Origin: a virus
IMG/VR virus record: IMGVR_UViG_3300011244_000001
DNA: 58,634 nucleotides
Reading direction: 5' to 3' (one strand)
Part shown: piece after piece, positions 36,185 through 43,529 of the stretch
Numbering within the stretch: the stretch's first letter is position 1
How the letters are laid out: each line of letters opens with the position of its first letter
Made by a program: the position numbers and the translations under genes
The notes under the pieces: generated by a model
Told to the model about the DNA's origin: nothing
Database searches by the model: none
What the model saw: only the letters and a program-made list of their open reading frames with translations

Positions 36185-36976
36185 CTACTCCGTGTAATAG
36201 TCCGCGTCCCACTGATAAGGAACGTAGACTGTACCGCCTAATCGTCCCATAAAGGTGCGGGCAAAACCATGAATGTCTCGACCGAGATAGGTGATGACCG
36301 CTGCCTTCGTTGGGCCGCTCGTCACCATCTTGCCATGCTTCGCGCTCCATCGTAAGGGCTTCTTGCCGGTCGCTGGATCGAGGAAGGCAATGCGGCCAGC
36401 CGGGACCCACATCGGGAAGTCCCACAACTTTTGGAACCATTCTGTTTCCAGGCTCGCCCAGGTGATATTGAGTACCTGGTAGGCATTGCCCGCCTCGTAC
36501 TCGGCTATCATCTTGTCCATGAAGAGCGGCGTCAGTTCCTTCCCGAATGGATGGTTGAGCCACACGTTGGTCGAGCAGTCGTCCAGTGTGCGCCAGGCGT
36601 TGTCTAGGCCGCTGTTCTCAATCGTGTAGATGCGCTCTGCGCCGATGAATAGGTTGGCGTCCTCCGATGAGGCCGGGTCCAGGTCAATCGTCCCGCCAAA
36701 GAACTCCCTGACGGTATCAATTATCTCTGGCGGCGTCATGTACTCAAAGTCGCCGCTGTCTTGGTTCACTAGCTGGTGAGCGGCGAGGGGAAGCGCCCCT
36801 ACTTCGGCCTTTCGTAAATACTCGCGGTATTCCTCTTCGTTGAGGGGCACGGAGGTCAGTTGCGCCGTTCTCTTGATAGCCTGGTCTATCGTGTCAAGAG
36901 CCGGGGCAAGCTTGGGGTCGCCCAGCGCCGGGTTAAATATAACCTTGCCACTTTTTAAGTTAATCATCGAAAGCAT
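36185..36976 (-). CDS. Phage Dam-type N6-adenine DNA methyltransferase-like protein (variant catalytic motif NHPF)
   Basis: TPPEIIDTVREFFGGTIDLDPAS...GLDNAW...VWLNHPFGKE...LETEWFQ...GRIAFLD follows the phage Dam family layout. ATG 36976 is preceded by AGGAGA. Confidence 0.6.
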   Translation of the reverse strand: MLSMINLKSGKVIFNPALGDPKLAPALDTIDQAIKRTAQLTSVPLNEEEYREYLRKAEVGALPLAAHQLVNQDSGDFEYMTPPEIIDTVREFFGGTIDLDPASSEDANLFIGAERIYTIENSGLDNAWRTLDDCSTNVWLNHPFGKELTPLFMDKMIAEYEAGNAYQVLNITWASLETEWFQKLWDFPMWVPAGRIAFLDPATGKKPLRWSAKHGKMVTSGPTKAAVITYLGRDIHGFARTFMGRLGGTVYVPYQWDADYYTE

Positions 36977-37092
36977 GTATGATTCTCCTACGGAATTTAA
37001 GATGTTCATATTATACGGGATATGAGGAGCGGCAGGGGAAGAGTCTAAGCAGGCTCTTATAATGAGAGGCGAATGAGTGGGCAACTATTTAC

Positions 37093-37120
37093 TTGCACAA
37101 CCTTGAAGTAACGATATAAT
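37093..37120 (+). promoter_or_regulatory. Candidate sigma70-type promoter
   Basis: TTGCAC (37093-37098), 16-nt spacer, TATAAT (37115-37120). Faces the plus gene at 37291. Confidence 0.45.
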
Positions 37121-37290
37121 TTGCTTCAACGTTGTATACTAGCCTACGGAAGAGTAGTCTAGGACGGCTGGCTCACAAAAAGCCAGAGGACGACGAGGAC
37201 GATGATGTTGTCTAAGCGAGACACGCGCCCTAAATCCCCTTGTCACCAATAAGTCACCAAAATGACACAATACACAACAGGAGCATCCAA

Positions 37291-37632
37291 TTGACCGAAG
37301 ATACCTATAAGGAAGAACAGCTACGCGCTTATCAGGCAGGCGTTGGCGCTTATGCCCTGGATGTCATTGATGAGGCAGGTGATTTAATTCACTCGGCTAT
37401 CCTCAATGGCGACTGGTCCGCTCAGGGAGGGACGGGGCAGGGGATCAAGGATATATTTTCTTTTGTCGTTGATCGCATGTCGCTTGATCAGGCAGTAACT
37501 TTGTACTTGGTGCTGGGCGAAGAACTGAAGAATTATTTTTTTCTTGGTACGCTTCGCTTATCGCTCGTTGAACCTGAACTCCCCCTACCTGTAACAGAAA
37601 GAACGGCAGGGGAAGAAGTAGACGACGTGTAA
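37291..37632 (+). CDS. Hypothetical protein (about 113 aa)
   Basis: TTG 37291 is preceded by AGGAGC at 7 nt. The track start is TTG 37240. The C-terminus contains an iterated-motif copy (TERTAGEEVDDV). Confidence 0.45.
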   Translation: MTEDTYKEEQLRAYQAGVGAYALDVIDEAGDLIHSAILNGDWSAQGGTGQGIKDIFSFVVDRMSLDQAVTLYLVLGEELKNYFFLGTLRLSLVEPELPLPVTERTAGEEVDDV

Positions 37633-37660
37633 GGGATCGTCATCCTTTCTTCCTGCCGTC
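37601..37660 (+). repeat. Inverted pair of iterated-motif copies forming a hairpin around the stop codon of 37291..37632
   Basis: acggcaggGGaagaa (37603-37617) pairs with ttcttcctgccgt (37647-37659), giving an 8+5 bp stem with a 2-nt bulge. Confidence 0.5.
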
Positions 37661-37726
37661 TCCCCCCGTCTTTCAAAAGAATCATAAGCTGACTATACGC
37701 AAAGCATAGTCTCCCTTGCTGGGCAG

Positions 37727-37755
37727 CAAAAAAGCCGCTCTCGTTAGAACGGCTT
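37727..37755 (-). terminator. Candidate rho-independent terminator
   Basis: The minus strand reads AAGCCGTTCTAACGAGAGCGGCTTTTTT, a stem of 5+3 bp followed by T6. Lies downstream of 37935..38168. Confidence 0.45.
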
Positions 37756-37934
37756 GTAGGGGCCTTAGAAGGCAAATTGGGCAACCAGGCTCCATCACCC
37801 GTCCTAGCACCCGCGCTCTTAAAAGAGAACCTGTCCCGCCCTGTCCCAGGCAACAAAAAAGGGCCAGTGTTTCCACCAGCCCTTGCTATCGCTCTCGCCA
37901 TGATAATCCGCATAACCAGAGAGAGCGGAAAAGC

Positions 37935-38168
37935 CTACTCTCGATAGTTGTCGTAAATCTCAATGCGCCAATTGGCCACTTCATTATCTCCATAACGATT
38001 GATAACAAGATCGCCTTCGCCGACCTCAACGAGACGATTGATTGCGTCTTCCAGAGACTCGAACTCGACGATGGCATATCTTTCATCTACGATGGGTGCA
38101 GTAATCCCTAACTCGTCTAGGTAGGGTTGAAGGTCATAACTGGTCGCTTTTACCATTACCTTAATCAT
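37935..38168 (-). CDS. Hypothetical protein (77 aa)
   Basis: ATG 38168 (MIKVMVKATSY) follows GGAGGAGGGGG and overlaps the upstream TAA. Confidence 0.5.
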   Translation of the reverse strand: MIKVMVKATSYDLQPYLDELGITAPIVDERYAIVEFESLEDAINRLVEVGEGDLVINRYGDNEVANWRIEIYDNYRE

Positions 38169-38341
38169 TAGCCCCCTCCTCCGGCGCACCATCCGAATAC
38201 GTACATGGCGACAAGGGCGCAGGCAAAGAAGCTCACGAGAATTGCCGATACGAGAGAGAGGGGTCCAGAGGGATCGTCCTGCTCCTGCTCCTGCTCCTGC
38301 TCTTTTAACTTCTTGTTCTCGTCTGTGTCGTAGAAACCCAT
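38168..38341 (-). CDS. Small membrane protein (57 aa) with an EQEQEQEQ tract; not in the ORF track
   Basis: Translation MGFYDTDENKKLKEQEQEQEQDDPSGPLSLVSAILVSFFACALVAMYVFGWCAGGGG. The (GCTCCT)n DNA repeat at 38275-38304 encodes the EQ tract. Confidence 0.45.
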   Translation of the reverse strand: MGFYDTDENKKLKEQEQEQEQDDPSGPLSLVSAILVSFFACALVAMYVFGWCAGGGG

Positions 38342-38345
38342 TTAA

Positions 38346-38633
38346 TCACCTCAATATGAAAAATCTCAATAAAAGGAACCCCAGCACGAGGGCTACCGGG
38401 ACCGCGAGTAGCCAGAGGGTGAGTCCGCCGACCGTAGCGAACTTCTCGGTTAAAAGCGGGTCAATAAACCCCGCACTCCCCCCGGCTGTCATCAACACTG
38501 CGCCAAAGACGATGATGGCCGTTCGTAGCTGGCCGACCTCTTTGGGAACTTGTAGTCCAGTATTGACTATGCCCAACCCAACGGCTATCAGAAGTATCCC
38601 GACCAGTAGGTTGCGGATGGTTAGTCTACACAT
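38346..38633 (-). CDS. Membrane protein (95 aa, about 3 TM)
   Basis: ATG 38633 (MCRLTIRNLLVGILLIAVGLGIV) overlaps the upstream stop. Confidence 0.5.
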   Translation of the reverse strand: MCRLTIRNLLVGILLIAVGLGIVNTGLQVPKEVGQLRTAIIVFGAVLMTAGGSAGFIDPLLTEKFATVGGLTLWLLAVPVALVLGFLLLRFFILR

Positions 38634-39015
38634 CGCCCATTCCCTTAAGACTTGCCAGGCACGCCTCCAACATCTCGGCGCCGCGCTGTGGGGTAACACG
38701 AATATTAACCGTCGTGCCGCGTCCCAGGTACTTGTACCAGCTTACCTCTATCTCTTGCCATTTGAAGTTGTAGGGTTGGGGATCGCGCTCATCGTCCCAT
38801 TGGTACGCTTCAACCTCGAATACCCCATTCTTGAACTTCTGGCCTGTATTAGAAAATGGCGAGGTTCCCCAATCGTCATCTGGGTTGCCGAGTCTCAGGT
38901 CTAGCTCCTCGTCAATCGTCTTGAGGAAGGCAATGAGCCAATCTGGGGCGGGATAGGGTTGCCAGGGTTGGCCGAAAAGAGCTTGTCCTAATTCTGGTTC
39001 GTAAATGTCTGTCAT
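38626..39015 (-). CDS. Hypothetical protein (129 aa)
   Basis: Operon ORF with an ATGA overlap upstream. Confidence 0.55.
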   Translation of the reverse strand: MTDIYEPELGQALFGQPWQPYPAPDWLIAFLKTIDEELDLRLGNPDDDWGTSPFSNTGQKFKNGVFEVEAYQWDDERDPQPYNFKWQEIEVSWYKYLGRGTTVNIRVTPQRGAEMLEACLASLKGMGDV

Positions 39016-39230
39016 TGTAATTTCCTCGCTTTATTCGTAATGCGGCGAAACTTGCTGGGACGATACGTGCGCCCGACCAGCTTGTTCTCTAGCTTAAGAC
39101 GATTGTACTCTTCGTTGTCGTGGAAGGCAGCAAAGGCCAGGGCGGTAGAGAGGTCCACGTTATCGTGGGTCGCGCCTAGCCAATATTGGTAGATGCGGCG
39201 GGCGGAGGCGGATAGTTCACTGAGGTTCAT
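39012..39230 (-). CDS. Hypothetical protein (72 aa)
   Basis: Operon ORF. Confidence 0.5.
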   Translation of the reverse strand: MNLSELSASARRIYQYWLGATHDNVDLSTALAFAAFHDNEEYNRLKLENKLVGRTYRPSKFRRITNKARKLQ

Positions 39231-39415
39231 TGTTCTCCTGTTAGTTTTCTAAGGGCTTCGACTATCGGACTGTCTACCTCTTCCCCGGCCTCTATTGCTT
39301 CTAGCGCAACGCGGGTCCAGAAGATAAGCGTAGCTAGTTCTAACTTTTGGTCATCAATTAAGCGCTCGTACTTTTTTAGCTGTCGGTCCATTGCTTCAAA
39401 ATGCTCGTCGTTCAT
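39227..39415 (-). CDS. Hypothetical protein (62 aa)
   Basis: ATG 39415 (MNDEHFEAM). The track start at 39481 runs into the upstream small gene. Confidence 0.5.
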   Translation of the reverse strand: MNDEHFEAMDRQLKKYERLIDDQKLELATLIFWTRVALEAIEAGEEVDSPIVEALRKLTGEQ

Positions 39416-39569
39416 TATCTTGCTCCTCTCGTTCTTCCCGTCTCCACTCTCGCTCAAGCATCTCTCCATACGCCATCGCACAGGCGGCGGAGCAGAAGTT
39501 CCCTACTTCCGCATCTCTTTGTCCACAATTCAAACAGGTTACAGTTGGTTCGTTCATTTTATCTATCAT
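39396..39569 (-). CDS. Small Zn-ribbon protein (57 aa), not in the ORF track
   Basis: ATG 39569 is preceded by CGGCAGGGAAAGAAATA (iterated motif acting as the RBS). Translation MIDKMNEPTVTCLNCGQRDAEVGNFCSAACAMAYGEMLEREWRREEREEQDNERRAF. Confidence 0.5.
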   Translation of the reverse strand: MIDKMNEPTVTCLNCGQRDAEVGNFCSAACAMAYGEMLEREWRREEREEQDNERRAF

Positions 39570-39739
39570 TATTTCTTTCCCTGCCGCTCTGCGTGATTAA
39601 CGACCAGGTACACGAGTAGCGCGGCGTTCATCCATTGCGGAAATCTATTCATTACGTCGCTTGCTCCGTCAGAAGCTATTATGGCTAACACGAAGCTGCC
39701 TATAAGGGACATGGAAATGTAAATCGCTTTACTCTCCAT
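39569..39739 (-). CDS. Small membrane protein (56 aa)
   Basis: ATG 39739 (MESKAIYISMSLIGSFVLAIIA) overlaps the upstream stop. Confidence 0.45.
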   Translation of the reverse strand: MESKAIYISMSLIGSFVLAIIASDGASDVMNRFPQWMNAALLVYLVVNHAERQGKK

Positions 39740-39977
39740 TGATTCCCTCGTCGTTAAATGACAATAGATACTCAACTATGTCCGGTATGTCGTATCGTCC
39801 ATCAACGACGAGAAGGAATTTGGTGGGGTATCCCTCCATTTGCTCCAACTTGCCGTATGGACTTGATGCCAGCGCGGCCTCAAAGTCACCGTGAAAAACG
39901 ACTGTCTGTGACGAGCTACTGGGAGGCGACGAGTATTCTATGGAAACTCTACGCTTTTTTTCTGGTCTTTTTGTCAT
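39729..39977 (-). CDS. Hypothetical protein (82 aa)
   Basis: First gene after the 40.0-40.37 kb intergenic region. RBS TAGGAGACAGAAT ATG. Confidence 0.55.
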   Translation of the reverse strand: MTKRPEKKRRVSIEYSSPPSSSSQTVVFHGDFEAALASSPYGKLEQMEGYPTKFLLVVDGRYDIPDIVEYLLSFNDEGINGE

Positions 39978-40024
39978 ATTCTGTCTCCTAATTGGCTGCC
40001 GAAGCAGCGGATGTTAATAGCTGC

Positions 40025-40053
40025 ATCATAAGCGATTGCTGGGGGAATGTAAA
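40025..40053 (-). promoter_or_regulatory. Candidate sigma70-type promoter (copy 1 of a duplicated promoter)
   Basis: The minus strand reads TTTACA (40053-40048), 17-nt spacer, TATGAT (40030-25). The block 40017-40045 is near-identical to 47383-47410. Confidence 0.45.
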
Positions 40054-40322
40054 TGGGGGAGAGGGAGGTTCTTATCGTCCCCTCATCTGGGGAGTGAGGG
40101 TTCTCCTAATAAAGTTATAGCCCAACCTCGACAAAGGATGGGCTACGGTTGCAATCGCGGGGCGCAAAAGCAATGACTCACTTGTTATTATAGCAGGGGC
40201 GGGTATGAAGGGGGTGCTTTTTCATTTTGCGTTAATGGGGGCGAAGGGGGGGATCGTGGGCGCGGAGTGAAAGTCGCACACACATGCCGACGTACTACCG
40301 GTTCGCTGCATGAATCATTTCC

Positions 40323-40360
40323 GGTTAGTAGAACAACTGTTCTATGCTGCTCTACTAACC
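40323..40360. promoter_or_regulatory. 10-bp perfect hairpin containing an AGAAC-N4-GTTCT (LexA/Cheo-box-like) palindrome
   Basis: Arms ggttagtaga (40323-40332) and tctactaacc (40351-40360). The box AGAACAACTGTTCT is at 40330-40343. Confidence 0.4.
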
Positions 40361-40373
40361 ACTGTCTCTACCC

Positions 40374-40859
40374 TTAGTCTTCAATCATAAAGGTGTTGCG
40401 TGTGTAATGCGATTGCACCATTGCTTCCACTGCACTAGCAAGGGTGTTGCCCTGGCCTGCGTAGTATCCAACATAGCCATCACTATCCTCATCCAGCACA
40501 TAGACCGTATAGACACAGTGATCATCAACTGTGTACCATACGTAGGGTATAGAGACCGTATCCAGGTAAGAGCGTATGTGTTCATCTGCTACATCTACAG
40601 CATATAGCTGCAGCCAGGTAACTTGGCCTTGCCAGATGTATCCATGCCCACATGCACCACTGTCATTATCTACGGTGCTGCCTGCCACTAGGGGGAGGTA
40701 GTTGGGTGCAGAGAGGCCGGGGGCAAGGCGGGTGTCTGCCTGTACCTGTAGCCCTTGTGCATCAAGGCGTGCTACCCAGTGGCCTGTCAAGGCACTGAGG
40801 AGGAGGGAGAGGAGGATAACGATCAAAGCAATCGCTAAGCGTCTATTGTTGTTACTCAT
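40374..40859 (-). CDS. Secreted or membrane-anchored protein (161 aa)
   Basis: N-terminal signal/TM RRLAIALIVILLSLLLSALTG. RBS GGAGAAACAGCA ATG. Confidence 0.55.
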   Translation of the reverse strand: MSNNNRRLAIALIVILLSLLLSALTGHWVARLDAQGLQVQADTRLAPGLSAPNYLPLVAGSTVDNDSGACGHGYIWQGQVTWLQLYAVDVADEHIRSYLDTVSIPYVWYTVDDHCVYTVYVLDEDSDGYVGYYAGQGNTLASAVEAMVQSHYTRNTFMIED

Positions 40860-41052
40860 TGCTGTTTCTCCATTGTTGTCTGTTGATGATGTTAATCATC
40901 TGTTGGTTGTTAGTACTACTGTATATAGTAGCGTTGATATATGAGTAGAGGATGAGGGAAGGGTGAGAGGAAGGTGAGAGAGGGCGGTAGTAGATACATT
41001 GTATATACATCCCACCCACACATCTCTCATCCATGACGCACCGCGTCATAAT

Positions 41053-41277
41053 TCACCCGTCCTGTAGCAACCTGATTTTTTCTAGCGCATACTCCAGACC
41101 TGTTATTTGCGCCGTCAAGTAAGGTACTAGCCATCTGTGATTCTCGCTAGTCTCTAATCCCCGCGCTTCCAACGATAATCGCGCAACTTGGCCTTCTATA
41201 CTGGCCGTAAGTTCCCGTATAAAGCCTTCAAGGTCTGTTTCTATCGGTCTATTCCATGCGTCAAAATAAGTTGTCAT
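41053..41277 (-). CDS. Hypothetical protein (74 aa)
   Basis: Early-region operon ORF. Confidence 0.5.
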   Translation of the reverse strand: MTTYFDAWNRPIETDLEGFIRELTASIEGQVARLSLEARGLETSENHRWLVPYLTAQITGLEYALEKIRLLQDG

Positions 41278-41289
41278 AATTCACTTCAC

Positions 41290-41736
41290 CTAATCCCAAT
41301 GGTCATCGCCTTCCATGAATATCGCAACCCCTGGAAAGTGACCACTTGCGCCACACACAGCATCATCATATCCATAAAATCCCCATACTGAGTCAGTCTG
41401 TTCCCATTGTTGGCACGAATTGCATTTCTGTTCAAGAACAATCCCATAAACTTCCCCTTCGGCGTAAGCTCTGTACTCATTAGCGTATGCTTCCAACATT
41501 GCGATCAACTTCCGGTTAATGTACCAACCGCTGAATTTACGCAAATCATCAATGTCACCATAGATAACCGCTTCTTGGCGATAATCAATGTTGACGGTAA
41601 TAAATAAATCACGCTCGCCGAGATAGCGATCTATAAATTGTTCTGCGTTCTGCGTGACTTCTACTTTTATTGAATCATCCCTATGCGGTTTATCTGGATA
41701 CTCGTCTAAAACTATCTTAACTCTCTGCTTACTCAT
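41290..41736 (-). CDS. Hypothetical protein (148 aa)
   Basis: Early-region operon ORF. Confidence 0.55.
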   Translation of the reverse strand: MSKQRVKIVLDEYPDKPHRDDSIKVEVTQNAEQFIDRYLGERDLFITVNIDYRQEAVIYGDIDDLRKFSGWYINRKLIAMLEAYANEYRAYAEGEVYGIVLEQKCNSCQQWEQTDSVWGFYGYDDAVCGASGHFPGVAIFMEGDDHWD

Positions 41737-41959
41737 TGTAATTTCCCCATTCTTTTAACAATAAATCTAATCGTCTTATACCACTCTCTATATCCCGTTG
41801 CGCCTTGCGGACTTCTGTGAATCGCTTATCGCCATTGATAAGTTGGCTAAGGTAATCATATACCGCTATACCGTTTACCGTTGCAAAGTCAGACAATCCG
41901 TTAGTGCCTATGCCTATAACATAATCATTACCGTCATGCTCAACCCTAATTTGTCTCAT
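41729..41959 (-). CDS. Hypothetical protein (76 aa)
   Basis: Early-region operon ORF. Confidence 0.5.
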   Translation of the reverse strand: MRQIRVEHDGNDYVIGIGTNGLSDFATVNGIAVYDYLSQLINGDKRFTEVRKAQRDIESGIRRLDLLLKEWGNYNE

Positions 41960-41961
41960 TG

Positions 41962-42252
41962 TTATATCCCCTTCCCGTTACCCGGCGTGCTATGAGTCTC
42001 TATTACATCAAATATAGTTGTGCCGCTGACTAGCATCAAGCGTGCATATCCGCCCATTGCCTCCGCTGCCAAGATAGTGTCTAGCCATGCTTTTGACCAA
42101 TACATATTTGGCGCACTTAAGATCGGCATGGTAGATATATGCTTCATTACAGAAATATGTCGCAAGCATACGGCATGTGTGCCACTCAGTGGATCAACGA
42201 TGATCTCGCCATTCTTAGCCACATAATCAAACACATAATCAAAAGTTAACAT
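41962..42252 (-). CDS. Hypothetical protein (96 aa)
   Basis: Early-region operon ORF. Confidence 0.5.
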   Translation of the reverse strand: MLTFDYVFDYVAKNGEIIVDPLSGTHAVCLRHISVMKHISTMPILSAPNMYWSKAWLDTILAAEAMGGYARLMLVSGTTIFDVIETHSTPGNGKGI

Positions 42253-42270
42253 TGTTATAATCCCCTATGC

Positions 42271-42627
42271 TTAACAATCGCATAATTCGCTCATATAAGC
42301 TGGTCTGTATATGCTGCCAACCTTAATATCATTCCACTCGTCGCCTGGACGTATGCGGGATCGTCCAGTAAGAATAATCGCCTGTTCTGGCAACGCATCA
42401 ATGAAATAGCCATAAGCGTGCCAGCACGCCGATGCTGTTCTACGTCCACTTGCTGATCGGCGTGCGCCAGATGCTTTGCTATCATGGACACGCAGTGTCA
42501 ACCTATGGCCATTTTCACGGCCTGACCAGCGTGGCGATTGGTCAAGTTTGATATTGCCATCGTACCGCTCGTTTGCGGCTTTTAGCGCATTTAAAATGTC
42601 TCGTATTGCCACATGCTTAATTAACAT
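42271..42627 (-). CDS. Hypothetical protein (118 aa)
   Basis: Early-region operon ORF. Confidence 0.5.
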   Translation of the reverse strand: MLIKHVAIRDILNALKAANERYDGNIKLDQSPRWSGRENGHRLTLRVHDSKASGARRSASGRRTASACWHAYGYFIDALPEQAIILTGRSRIRPGDEWNDIKVGSIYRPAYMSELCDC

Positions 42628-42883
42628 TATTCGTTTCCCCTATAGCGGCAAATGCCGCGTTTTGATCTGTATCGAAGTCATGTCCATTATCTTCCGTAAT
42701 GTAAAAGCTATAGTACAAGCCATGCTTAACCGGCAATCTAAAATCGCCTGGGCGCGTTTTCCATGTCTTTAGCTTCCCCGTTACTCGTACACGACGCGGT
42801 AGCCTATCGCTGCCTGTTTCCAGGCGAAAATACAGCGTTTGTCCATGTCTTAATTCCGTTACATTATCTCTAGTGATAATCAT
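42617..42883 (-). CDS. Hypothetical protein (88 aa)
   Basis: ATG 42883 (MIITRDNVTELRHG) is preceded by GGGAGAGTAGGACA. The track start at 42961 overlaps the upstream gene. Confidence 0.5.
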   Translation of the reverse strand: MIITRDNVTELRHGQTLYFRLETGSDRLPRRVRVTGKLKTWKTRPGDFRLPVKHGLYYSFYITEDNGHDFDTDQNAAFAAIGETNNVN

Positions 42884-42887
42884 TGTC

Positions 42888-43049
42888 CTACTCTCCCACC
42901 ACGACATCGCCCACGATAATCGTATATTCAATATCACCCACGATTGCCACATAAGGCTCATTTGTCCAGCCTACGCCATTATCATATTCAGCGTAAATAA
43001 TCGCCCGATCCACGTATTCCGCTAAAAGTTCCATTGTTCTAATCTCCAT
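42888..43049 (-). CDS. Possible small protein (48-53 aa)
   Basis: Only the C-terminal part of track ORF 42888..43193 looks protein-like (M(EIRT)MELLAEYVDRAIIYAEYDNG...). Candidate ATGs at 43049 and 43034. Confidence 0.35.
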   Translation of the reverse strand: MEIRTMELLAEYVDRAIIYAEYDNGVGWTNEPYVAIVGDIEYTIIVGDVVVGE

Positions 43050-43269
43050 TTTTCTAATCGCTGGTCTTATTGCCAACGTGCTAACAGAATAAACGATCCA
43101 AAAGGTCTTTGCATTAACCGCAGATGAGAAAAAATGAAAAAAGCGACAATAGATACAGTTAATCACGCTGGCGCATGCTATAGATGTAGCCATGAATCAA
43201 TCTATATGCTATAGACCGCAAATATTGGTCATGTATTGCGATAAGTCAGGATTATCGAAAATGCCCTAT

Positions 43270-43288
43270 ATATGGAAGCGTTCCATAT
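43270..43288. promoter_or_regulatory. Perfect palindrome ATATGGAA-GCG-TTCCATAT
   Basis: 8-bp arms read directly from the sequence, in the 5' leader region downstream of the candidate promoter at 43319-43347. Confidence 0.4.
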
Positions 43289-43318
43289 TCCCCCACATTG
43301 CAATACGGATTGACCGTG

Positions 43319-43347
43319 ATTATAGGCAACTAGAACATACGTTCTAT
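43319..43347 (-). promoter_or_regulatory. Candidate promoter (perfect TATAAT) overlapped by an AGAAC-N4-GTTCT box
   Basis: The minus strand reads AGAACGTATGTTCT agttgcc TATAAT. The box is at 43332-43345 and the -10 at 43324-43319. Confidence 0.4.
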
Positions 43348-43402
43348 CTTGCCTACTGGTCTATGTGGTCGAGAACAGATGGTCTAGCCGGAATTTCGCC
43401 GG

Positions 43403-43445
43403 GGGAATTTCCCAATCGGGGAATTTTCTGTGAGCAAAATCCATG
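43403..43445. repeat. Conserved intergenic element, copy A (GGGAATTTCCCAATCGGGGAATTTTCTGTGAGCAAAATCCATG)
   Basis: About 36 of 43 positions are identical to 47822-47864. A further GGAATTTCGCC half-site lies at 43390-43400. Confidence 0.7.
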
Positions 43446-43529
43446 TGTGATCATGTGATGTGCGTCATGCGTGTGCGTGCGTGTGTGTGTGATGATGATG
43501 GTGATAGATGGTGATAGCGATGATGTGTG

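Noticed and set aside
37850-37885. A-run followed by GGGC...GCCC as a second minus-strand terminator.
   Set aside because: Only a 4-bp stem with a 14-nt loop can form. The internal CCAG units are direct repeats, not inverted.
38275-38304. (GCTCCT)n microsatellite.
   Set aside because: It is in frame within a small minus-strand gene, where it encodes an EQEQEQEQ tract. It is not an independent regulatory repeat, though it could vary in length.
40852-41049. ORF 40852..41049 (-), 65 aa.
   Set aside because: Its composition is not protein-like (Tyr/Ile/Ser/Cys runs) and it has no SD. The region looks intergenic and contains palindromes (ATGACGC-GGT-GCGTCAT at 41033-41049 and CTACT-GTATAT-AGTAG near 40913-40928).
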